41,417 nucleotides of DNA, taken from a candidate division WS6 bacterium GW2011_GWE2_33_157. Its GTDB lineage: Bacteria > Patescibacteriota > Dojkabacteria > SC72. The DNA lies in assembly GCA_000989675.1 (NCBI GenBank), contig LBOT01000001.1, forward strand, positions 1-41,417, in the 5' to 3' direction. Positions 9,925-18,185 of this stretch are shown here, piece after piece (the stretch's first letter is position 1; every line of letters begins with the position of its first letter). Made by a program: the position numbers and the translations under genes. Under the pieces are notes generated by a model that searched no databases, had not been told where the DNA came from, and saw only the letters and a list, made by a program, of their open reading frames with translations.

Positions 9925-10518
9925 TTATGTAACCTCCTCATTAACTATAAAAGTAACAGAAACCTCTAACTCATCATTAGTTTTAGAAATGTTAAACCTT
10001 ACATCAGAGTAATATGTATTGTTTTTAAGTGCGTCTTCATAGTTTTTCAAGGCAAGGAAATCTGTCGTTTTAATTGCAATACTAACCCTATCATTATTAA
10101 TAGACATACTCTCAACATTTAAACTAACAGGAATTGAACCCAATACTTCTGAAATCACATTTGAATTTATCTTCTGCTCAGTTCCAATAATCTTAATATC
10201 CGCTAATAGGTTCTGTAAATTCTCATATTTAATTGCACTTTGTTTCCATGTATCATTTTCTAAGACCTTAACCTGTGCATTTATTTCACCTGTTAAATCA
10301 TTGTTTTTACCATCCATAACTAACCTAAAAACAAATACTGCAAGTGCAATAACCTGAACAATAATGAGAAAAGTTTTCCCTACAGATGCAAACCAGTTTA
10401 CAGAAGTATATAAAATACCCTGAGAATCTGTTTCAGATTGTAGAAGATTTATAGATTTTGGATCTTTTTTTGTATTAAACATTGGGCAGTAAATTGTCTT
10501 ACTGATAACAGTATACAA
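9925..10518 (-). CDS. pilN: Type IV pilus alignment protein PilN-like (true start may be ATG at 10482)
   Basis: INLL motif, TM, coiled coil and IPVSLNVESMSI...LKNNTYYSDV; directly upstream of pilO-like. Confidence 0.7.
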   Translation of the reverse strand: MYTVISKTIYCPMFNTKKDPKSINLLQSETDSQGILYTSVNWFASVGKTFLIIVQVIALAVFVFRLVMDGKNNDLTGEINAQVKVLENDTWKQSAIKYENLQNLLADIKIIGTEQKINSNVISEVLGSIPVSLNVESMSINNDRVSIAIKTTDFLALKNYEDALKNNTYYSDVRFNISKTNDELEVSVTFIVNEEVT

Positions 10519-10582
10519 GTGTTTTCAAAAAGTTTCCATATAGATGAAGAAAATATATTCTGCTATAATAAATGCTGTAACT

Positions 10583-12322
10583 ATGAGCAATTCTATACAA
10601 CAAGAAAAAATCTTTGTCGGAGTATCATGGCCATACGCTAGTGGTAAGATTCATCTTGGACATCTCGCTGGTCAAAACATTGCATGTGATGTTTTCTCTA
10701 GATATCACAGATTAAAAGGAAACAAAGTTTTAATGGTATCAGGGAGTGACAGCCATGGAACACCAATCCTCTTCAAGGCAGAAGAGTTAGGAATAGAACC
10801 AGAACAGCTAATACAGCAATCACATCAGGAAATAGTAAATACATTCAAACAACTCTCCCTCATATATGACAACTACACTACAACAGCAACTGAGAATCAT
10901 AAGGAAGTTGTACAAAATATATTCTTAGTTCTTAAAGAAAAAGGATATCTTTACCCACAAAAATCTAAACAATATTTTGATGAAAAAGTTAATAAATTTC
11001 TACCAGACAGATATGTAAGAGGAACATGCCCAAATTGTGGTGCCGTAAACGCAAGAGGAGACGAATGTCCAGAGTGTGGTAAATTTCTCAAACCAGAAGA
11101 TTTAATAGATCCATTTAGTACACTTTCTGATACAACACCTATTTTAAAAGAAACAGAGCATTTCTATCTTGATTTAAAAAAATTACAACCACAACTCAGT
11201 AAATGGATTGATGAAACTAGTGTAAATTGGAGAAAATGGGTAAGAGAATTCTCAAAAGGATGGATAAGGGAAGGACTAGAACCAAGAGAGGTAACAAGGG
11301 ATATGAAATTTGGTATTCCTGTTCCAGTAGAAGGGTGGGAAGACAAGGTAATATACGTATGGATAGAGGCTGTTGTTGGGTATCTTTCTGCAGCGATTGA
11401 ATGGGCAGACAAGATAGGTAAACCAAGTGAATGGGAAGAGTATTGGAAAGATCCAAAGTGCAAACATTACTACTTCATAGCTGGTGGTAATACTCCGTTT
11501 CATACAATAATATGGCCTGCAGAGCTATTAGCTTACAGTGAAAAATATTCAGATGACACTCTTTGGGAGAAATATAAATTCCCAGGGGAAACAAAAAGAG
11601 AGAAACTAAATCTTCCATACAATGTACCTTCCAATAAAATGCTTCTGTATAAAGGAAAGAAAATGTCTAAGGGGGATGGTGTTGGTATGGATGCTGATTC
11701 TCTACTAGAGAAATATAATAGTGATTTAATTAGGTTCTTCTTCTTAAGGTATGCTCCAGAAAATCACGATAGAGAATTTGAATGGAAAGATTTAATAGAT
11801 TGTAATAACAATGAACTTGTTGCAAATATTGGTAATTTCATAAATAGAACTCTTACATTCACACAATCAAAATTTAACAGTGTTATACCAGAGGGAGTAT
11901 TAGATAAAGAAGTAGAAGAGAGTATTAGTAATGCATTTGAAACAATAGGTACACATATTGAAAAATGTGAATTTGTAAAAGCTAGCGAGGCATTACTTCA
12001 GTTTAGTAGCTTTGCTAATAAATACTTTAATGACAAAGCACCATGGGCATCATATAAGGAAGATCTTAAGGACTGTGGCAATACCATATACAACTCAATC
12101 CAACTTGTTAATACTCTAAGAATATTAATAAAGCCATTTATGCCTAAGAGTTCAATAGCTATTTCTAACATGTTAGGTCTAGAAGAGGAAAGTGATCCAA
12201 ATATAGAATTAGACTCAACTGGAGTTGTAAATACATACGAAAACAATTGGGAATTTAATGTAATAGAGTCTAACAAAACTCTGAACCAGAGTAAGATACT
12301 CTTTGAAAAAATATTAGAATAA
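10583..12322 (+). CDS. metG: Methionine--tRNA ligase (short form without C-terminal dimerisation domain)
   Basis: WPYASGKIHLGH, SGSDSHGTP, CPNC/CPEC knuckles, YVWIEA and KMSKG. Start placed at 10583 because TGCTATAAT lies at 10561-10569, inside the longer ORF call. Confidence 0.97.
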   Translation: MSNSIQQEKIFVGVSWPYASGKIHLGHLAGQNIACDVFSRYHRLKGNKVLMVSGSDSHGTPILFKAEELGIEPEQLIQQSHQEIVNTFKQLSLIYDNYTTTATENHKEVVQNIFLVLKEKGYLYPQKSKQYFDEKVNKFLPDRYVRGTCPNCGAVNARGDECPECGKFLKPEDLIDPFSTLSDTTPILKETEHFYLDLKKLQPQLSKWIDETSVNWRKWVREFSKGWIREGLEPREVTRDMKFGIPVPVEGWEDKVIYVWIEAVVGYLSAAIEWADKIGKPSEWEEYWKDPKCKHYYFIAGGNTPFHTIIWPAELLAYSEKYSDDTLWEKYKFPGETKREKLNLPYNVPSNKMLLYKGKKMSKGDGVGMDADSLLEKYNSDLIRFFFLRYAPENHDREFEWKDLIDCNNNELVANIGNFINRTLTFTQSKFNSVIPEGVLDKEVEESISNAFETIGTHIEKCEFVKASEALLQFSSFANKYFNDKAPWASYKEDLKDCGNTIYNSIQLVNTLRILIKPFMPKSSIAISNMLGLEEESDPNIELDSTGVVNTYENNWEFNVIESNKTLNQSKILFEKILE

Positions 12323-12332
12323 AAAATATCCC

Positions 12333-12361
12333 TTTCCAAAAGGATTTCTTTTTGATATAAA
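12333..12361 (+). promoter_or_regulatory. Putative sigma70 promoter for the small ORF
   Basis: TTTCCA (12333-38), 17 nt spacer, TATAAA (12356-61) with TGn extension. Confidence 0.5.
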
Positions 12362-12378
12362 CAGCACAGGAGGTGGCC

Positions 12379-12510
12379 ATGAAAACCATTTATGATGTTG
12401 ACCCGTACGCGTCAGAAAAGAAGGGGAAACCTTCTTCTCGTTTTCTAAAGGAAGAAGAAAAAAGAAGACAGAAGAAACAGCATAACGGCGGAAGACCACG
12501 TCATAAGTGA
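12379..12510 (+). CDS. Unannotated 43-aa highly charged/basic small protein
   Basis: AGGAGGT at 12368-74, then ATG: MKTIYDVDPYASEKKGKPSSRFLKEEEKRRQKKQHNGGRPRHK*. Promoter upstream and hairpin downstream. Confidence 0.6.
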   Translation: MKTIYDVDPYASEKKGKPSSRFLKEEEKRRQKKQHNGGRPRHK

Positions 12511-12529
12511 TGCTAGAAATAGTATCGCT

Positions 12530-12582
12530 GATGGAGAGAGTCCATTCTTTGACTTATGTCACAGACTCTCTCCATCGTTTTT
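12530..12582. terminator. Strong hairpin/intrinsic terminator between the convergent small ORF/metG and valS
   Basis: Perfect 13-bp inverted repeat GATGGAGAGAGTC (12530-42) / GACTCTCTCCATC (12564-76), inner TGAC/GTCA stem, followed by GTTTTT. Confidence 0.8.
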
Positions 12583-12591
12583 CCCCAATTC

Positions 12592-14874
12592 TTACTTTGA
12601 AATTTGTTTACTCATTAATATCCCCTCTGCAAGCTTTAACGCAACTAACTCTTGCCATACAGATTCTGTAATAAATGGTATAAATGGATGCATAATTTTG
12701 AGATTCTCTTTTAGAATAAGGAGTAACTCTGCTAGTTTTGCAATTCTAATTTCAGAACCAATCGCTTCGTCTTTTATCTCCCCCTTTATTTCTTCAATCC
12801 ATATATCACACAACTGATGCCAGAAAAATTCTCTAATAGCCTCTGCACCTAAGTTGAATTTGTAATTTTCTAGATATTTTGAAACTTTCTCTATATGATC
12901 TTTAGTTTTAATAACTCTTGGTAAATTACTATCTACTTCATACTTCGAAACCATATCTAATTCTGTTTCATCAATATTCATCAAGATAAACCTACTAGCA
13001 TTCCATATCTTGTTAACAAAGTTTCTGTTCCCCTTTATCTTTTCCTCTCGAACAGGGGCATTAGATCCTGGAAGAGCATCACTAAAATACCAAAGTCTTA
13101 AAGAGTCTGCTCCATACTTGTTAATAACATCAGAAGGCTCAACACCATTACCCTTAGATTTAGACATCTTAGAACCATCCTCTGCGAGTATTAAGCCGTG
13201 TAAAAATACCGTACTAAATGGTGTTTTCCCTGTTACATATATCCCTAGCATCATCATTCTTGCAACCCAGAAGAAGAGAATATCCCTCGCAGTTTCCATA
13301 ACTTGCGCAGGATAGAACTTTTTAAAATCTTCTCCTTCAATACCACCCAAAGTAGAGTATGGCCACTGACCAGAACTAAACCATGTATCAAACATATCCT
13401 GCTCTGCCTCCCATGTTACAGATGTGTCTGAAGGCATATTTTCTCCAATATATATTTCACCAGTACCATTTACTTCTAAACCTGTTTCTTTTGTATATTC
13501 TGATATATCCTTTCCCCTATTTTCTCTTAACCAGTCATGCAATTTTTTACCTCCACTATACCAAACTGGTATTCTTTGACCCCACCATAACTGTCTCGAT
13601 ATACACCAAGGTTGAATATTTTTAAGAAAGTGTTCTAATGCTCTTTGCTGTCCACTTGGTATAACTTTTGTATCCCCCTTTTCTAATGCTTTTAATGCTT
13701 CCTCTGCCAATGGTTTTACATTTACAAACCATTGGTTAGAAATGATAGGTTCAATAGGAGTATTACATCTCTCACACACAGCTATCTCATGTGTAATATT
13801 TTCTATCTTTGTTAGTAAGCCCAGTGCGTTTAACTCCTTTACTAAGGATTTAGAGCACTCAACAGTTCCCATTCCTAAAAATCTTTCTGGAACATTTCCG
13901 CTCATTTTCGCATCTTCATCAATTACATTAATAATTTCTAAGCTATGCCTTTGGCCCATTTCAAAGTCGATAGGGGAGTGGGCAGGTGTAACCTTTAATG
14001 CACCGGTTCCCAATTCCATATCAATCTCCTCATCTGCAATCACTGGAATCTCTCTGTTAGATATTGGAAGTAATACTTTCTTTCCTACAAACTCTTTATA
14101 CCTATCATCCATAGGGTTAACAGCAACAGCACTATCTCCCAGCATTGTTTCAGGTCTTGTTGTTGCAACTGTAATACCCTCAATTCCGAACTTCTCTTTT
14201 GCTCTTGCTCTGTCACTTTCATCTATAAATGGGTAAACAATATATGCGAAGATTCCTCTTCTTGCTTCATGTTCTGTATCGATATCTGCTAACGCAGTTT
14301 TACAATTAGGACACCAGTTGATTATCCTCTTATCCCTGTATATTAGCCCATCTTTAAACATTTTATAAAATGTCTCATACACAATCTTTGTTAATCTAGG
14401 ATCAAGCGTAAAAAACTCTCTTGAGTAATCTGCAGAAAGACCAATATTCTTTTCTTGCTCTCTAGCATTTTGGGCATTTTTCATTGAGAATTCATAACAC
14501 TGTTTGTAAAATTCCTCTCTACTCATAGACCATTTATCTATACCCCTTTCTTTCAATATCTTTGTGAATGAAGTTTCTGTTTGTATACCAGCATGGTCTT
14601 TTCCAGGAAGAAGTAGGGTAGGATGACCAGTCATTCTATTAAATCTACCCATTGCATCTTGAAACGAATAACCACACATATGACCAATATGCAAATTGGC
14701 ATTTGCATTAGGTGGAGGCAAAGGAATTGTAAAAGGTTTCTTAACAGCTATGTCCTTCTCTCTTAAATACGACTCCATTGTATCTGGATTGCTAAGTCCA
14801 GATTCCTCCCACATTCCATAGATTTCTTTCTCTTTGGAAACAGATTCGAAAGCTTTAGATATTTCTTTTTTCAT
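12592..14874 (-). CDS. valS: Valine--tRNA ligase (lacks C-terminal coiled-coil arm)
   Basis: PPPNANANLHIGH, GKDHAGIQT, VATTRPETMLGD, GTGALKVTPAH, WCISRQLWWG, DTWFSSG and KMSKSKGN. Confidence 0.98.
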   Translation of the reverse strand: MKKEISKAFESVSKEKEIYGMWEESGLSNPDTMESYLREKDIAVKKPFTIPLPPPNANANLHIGHMCGYSFQDAMGRFNRMTGHPTLLLPGKDHAGIQTETSFTKILKERGIDKWSMSREEFYKQCYEFSMKNAQNAREQEKNIGLSADYSREFFTLDPRLTKIVYETFYKMFKDGLIYRDKRIINWCPNCKTALADIDTEHEARRGIFAYIVYPFIDESDRARAKEKFGIEGITVATTRPETMLGDSAVAVNPMDDRYKEFVGKKVLLPISNREIPVIADEEIDMELGTGALKVTPAHSPIDFEMGQRHSLEIINVIDEDAKMSGNVPERFLGMGTVECSKSLVKELNALGLLTKIENITHEIAVCERCNTPIEPIISNQWFVNVKPLAEEALKALEKGDTKVIPSGQQRALEHFLKNIQPWCISRQLWWGQRIPVWYSGGKKLHDWLRENRGKDISEYTKETGLEVNGTGEIYIGENMPSDTSVTWEAEQDMFDTWFSSGQWPYSTLGGIEGEDFKKFYPAQVMETARDILFFWVARMMMLGIYVTGKTPFSTVFLHGLILAEDGSKMSKSKGNGVEPSDVINKYGADSLRLWYFSDALPGSNAPVREEKIKGNRNFVNKIWNASRFILMNIDETELDMVSKYEVDSNLPRVIKTKDHIEKVSKYLENYKFNLGAEAIREFFWHQLCDIWIEEIKGEIKDEAIGSEIRIAKLAELLLILKENLKIMHPFIPFITESVWQELVALKLAEGILMSKQISK

Positions 14875-14894
14875 TCTATTAATTAGTATATATT

Positions 14895-15105
14895 AAAAAC
14901 GCCCTCACATTAAAATATATTCAATAGAAATATACTCTAATGTAAGGGCGAAATACGCGTTACCACCTTACTTCCTTAATATATCACTATATTAAGCTTT
15001 GTAACCACATTTATGGTCTCCATATTTACAGTATGGTCTGTTAGGTTCTACTCTCCAATTGGATTTCTTCCTAAACCTCCAGGATGACTAATCCTGTGCA
15101 AATGG
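14895..15105 (-). promoter_or_regulatory. T-box riboswitch (Val) with transcription terminator in the valS leader
   Basis: Minus strand: T-box AAGGTGGTAACGCG (14956-69); antiterminator partner CGCCCTT; terminator CGCCCTTACATTA...TAATGTGAGGGCG-TTTTT (14895-14950); short Stem I with candidate GTA specifier (15049-51); Stem II/III-like hairpins. Confidence 0.88.
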
Positions 15106-15111
15106 TTATTC

Positions 15112-15120
15112 ATTATACCA
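15112..15120 (-). promoter_or_regulatory. Extended -10 promoter of the valS leader
   Basis: TGGTATAAT on the minus strand just upstream of the T-box leader. Confidence 0.7.
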
Positions 15121-15164
15121 CTTATATAAAGGTATAAAAAAGGTATTATGATATAATCAAACAT

Positions 15165-16862
15165 ATGAAAAACACAAACACACAAATTAGAAATAATGAA
15201 CTTAAACTATGTACACTTTCTGGAACATCTGAAATCGGAAGAAACTGTAATTTTATAGAACTTGGAGATGAAATAGTGATAGTAGATGCAGGATACTCAT
15301 TTCCTGGTCAAGAAATGTATGGAATAGATTACCTAATACCAAACTTCAAATATTTAAAGAAGAATAAACATAAGGTAAAAGCAATATTAATCACACATGG
15401 TCATTTAGATCATACAGGAGCACTAAGATGGATGCTTCCTGAATTAGATTTTCCTCCTGTATATGCTGGAGCATTTGCAAAAGCATTAATAGAGGCAAAA
15501 CTAGAAGAGTACGACGAGTTAAAAAACAAAACAAAGATATTTGGAGTAACAAGACATACAACTATTAATATTGGTAAGAATTTTAGAGCAACTTTCATTG
15601 GGATAAACCATAGTATACCTGATGCATTCTCAATATTTCTAGAATCTCCAGAGGGGAATGTCTTCTTTTCAGGAGACTATAAAATAGATACCCAACCGAC
15701 AAATGAATTAGAGGCTGATTATGAAAAACTAAAATCCTTAAGGGGAAAGATTGACTTAGCATTAATGGAGAGTACTAATGCAAGTAAAACAGGAAAGTCT
15801 CCTTCAGAAACAGAAGTCTATGAAAACTTAGAGAAGGTAATTGTAAAGACAGAAGGTAGAGTAATAGTTGCAGCTTTTGCATCTCTCCTTACTCGTTTGT
15901 ATTCACTTTTTGAAATAGCAAAAAGAACTAACAGAAAAATTGTAATATCTGGAAGAAGTTTAGAACAAACAATCTCAATTGCCAGTAACCAAGGATATAT
16001 TAAAATTCCAGAGGGCTTAATAGTAACAGAGAGAAGTATGCAGAAGTACAAAGATAACGAACTAATGATTCTATGTACTGGTAGTCAAGCTGAAAGATTT
16101 GCAGCCTTAAATAGAATATCTCTTAATGAACATAAATATATAAAGATAAAGCAAGGAGATCTAGTAATAATGTCTTCTTCTGAGATACCTGAGAATGTAA
16201 GTAGTATTGAGAAAATGACAGACAGATTAATAGCACTAGGTGCTGATTTACTTAAAGATACAATTGAAACAAAGATTCACTCAACAGGGCATGGTAATCA
16301 AGAAGACATGAAGATAATGTATGACTTGGTACAACCAAATACTGTAATGCCTATACACGGGCCACTAACCTTTAGATATTTCAATAAGAAGAACTATGTA
16401 GCATGGGGGATGAAAGATGAAGATGTTTTACTGACTGACGATGGACTTGTTTGGATATTCAATGGAAGAACATGGAGAAAAGGAAAACCTGTTGATGCAA
16501 AACCCATACTTATAGATGGTTTAGGAGTAGGGGATACTGGAGAAATAGTACTTAAAGATAGAAAACAACTCTCTGAATACGGTATGTTTATAATTGTTCT
16601 TAATATGAGTACTAAAACAAAGAGATTAATGGGAAGGCCACAATTTGTATCAAGGGGATTTATATATATGAAACAATCTCAAGAGATGTTAAAAGAGATT
16701 CAAACAATAATATATGATGTGCATAGAAGTTGGATTAAGACTTCTACAAACAGTAAGAAGTATAACTATCCAGACCTAAAAGAAAGGATAGAAAAAGAGG
16801 TTGGTAAATATATATACAAAAAAACAGAGAGAGAACCTATCATATTAATAGTGACTGTATAA
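15165..16862 (+). CDS. rnj: Ribonuclease J
   Basis: EIGRNC, ITHGHLDHTGA, NHSIPDA, SGDYKID, MESTN, CTGSQAE, IHSTGHG and MPIHG. Confidence 0.96.
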   Translation: MKNTNTQIRNNELKLCTLSGTSEIGRNCNFIELGDEIVIVDAGYSFPGQEMYGIDYLIPNFKYLKKNKHKVKAILITHGHLDHTGALRWMLPELDFPPVYAGAFAKALIEAKLEEYDELKNKTKIFGVTRHTTINIGKNFRATFIGINHSIPDAFSIFLESPEGNVFFSGDYKIDTQPTNELEADYEKLKSLRGKIDLALMESTNASKTGKSPSETEVYENLEKVIVKTEGRVIVAAFASLLTRLYSLFEIAKRTNRKIVISGRSLEQTISIASNQGYIKIPEGLIVTERSMQKYKDNELMILCTGSQAERFAALNRISLNEHKYIKIKQGDLVIMSSSEIPENVSSIEKMTDRLIALGADLLKDTIETKIHSTGHGNQEDMKIMYDLVQPNTVMPIHGPLTFRYFNKKNYVAWGMKDEDVLLTDDGLVWIFNGRTWRKGKPVDAKPILIDGLGVGDTGEIVLKDRKQLSEYGMFIIVLNMSTKTKRLMGRPQFVSRGFIYMKQSQEMLKEIQTIIYDVHRSWIKTSTNSKKYNYPDLKERIEKEVGKYIYKKTEREPIILIVTV

Positions 16863-16924
16863 GGTATCTGTTTTAATAAAGGAAAAAGTTTTTAGTAAAA
16901 CTTTTTAATGATATAATTGCACAT

Positions 16925-18181
16925 ATGATTAAACTGCCTTTTCTAAAATCAGAAAGAGGGAACCTCTTAGATGGAACTACCCCCATTGTTGCACTAGATA
17001 TCGGAACTGAAACTGTAAAAAGTATCCTTTTTACAATGAACGAATATGGCGTTTCAGTAAACAGGGTATCAAGAATACAACAACAGCAACACGCTATGCG
17101 GAGTGGTATTATCACAAACTTAGATACCGTATTAGAGAATTGTAAATTAGCAATCAACCAACTTCTTAGTAATCTAAAACCTGAAGAGTATCCAAAGAAA
17201 GTAATAATGGGAATTGCTGGGGAGTATGTCCAAGGAGTTTCTATAGTTGTTAACTATGAAAGAGAACAAAATTTTGAGAAAGAAGTAACTAAAAAAGAGC
17301 AAGATAGAATAATAGCTCAAGTTAGATCCCAAATTGCAATGGGGGGAAAAGAAGATTTGAGTTTAAGAACGGGATTAAAGAATGAAGATATTGAAATATT
17401 ACATATTACTCCCACTGGATTAGAAATAGGAGGTATGCCAGTAAACACACTAGTTGGTTATAAAGGTAGAGATGTAAGACTTAATTTCTATGCATCGTTT
17501 GCTCCAAAGACATATACACAAGCACTAAGAAGAGTAGCTTCTTCATTGAATTTTGAAGTTTTAGGTATAGTATCTCAACCATTTGCAATTGCTAGGGCAC
17601 ACTCTGGAGGAGATCATACCAATTTCTCTGCCATCTTCATCGATATAGGAGGGGGAACTACGGATGTCGCCATTGTTAAAAATGGTAATGTAGCAGAAAC
17701 TCAAATGTTTGCTTTTGGTGGAAGAGTCTTTACAAAAGAATTAGCAAAATTAACAGATACAGATTTTAGACATGCCGAGCAAAGAAAAATTAAATATTCA
17801 GAAAAGGATCTTCCTAAAGAAGTATTAAGGCAGGTTCAAAGAACTATGTATTCTACAGCGACACTTTGGATGAGAACATTAAAGGTTGCTCTTGAAAGCT
17901 GTGAAGATATAGATTCACTACCAACTCAGTTATATCTTTGTGGTGGTGGTGCACTTTTACCAGATATTAAACAATCATTAATGGAATTCCCTTGGAAGAA
18001 ATATTTGCCGATAGCAGTTGTACCTAAAATTGATATGTTTACACCAAATCTTCTTGGTGCTGTTGTAGATAATAGTGGAGAACTAAGTAACTTGTATGAT
18101 ATTACACCTGCTTCACTAGCTAAATTCCTATACGATATGGAAATCGATAGGAAGAAGAGAAATATAAATTGGGAGGTATAA
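16925..18181 (+). CDS. Actin-fold ATPase, FtsA/PilM-like
   Basis: ALDIGTETVK, MRSGIITNL, FIDIGGGTTDVA, GGRVFT, AEQRK and LCGGGALL. Confidence 0.85.
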   Translation: MIKLPFLKSERGNLLDGTTPIVALDIGTETVKSILFTMNEYGVSVNRVSRIQQQQHAMRSGIITNLDTVLENCKLAINQLLSNLKPEEYPKKVIMGIAGEYVQGVSIVVNYEREQNFEKEVTKKEQDRIIAQVRSQIAMGGKEDLSLRTGLKNEDIEILHITPTGLEIGGMPVNTLVGYKGRDVRLNFYASFAPKTYTQALRRVASSLNFEVLGIVSQPFAIARAHSGGDHTNFSAIFIDIGGGTTDVAIVKNGNVAETQMFAFGGRVFTKELAKLTDTDFRHAEQRKIKYSEKDLPKEVLRQVQRTMYSTATLWMRTLKVALESCEDIDSLPTQLYLCGGGALLPDIKQSLMEFPWKKYLPIAVVPKIDMFTPNLLGAVVDNSGELSNLYDITPASLAKFLYDMEIDRKKRNINWEV

Positions 18182-18185
18182 AGAA

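Noticed and set aside
12314..12499. 61-aa minus-strand ORF
   Set aside because: Antisense to the plus-strand small ORF, which has the SD, promoter and terminator.
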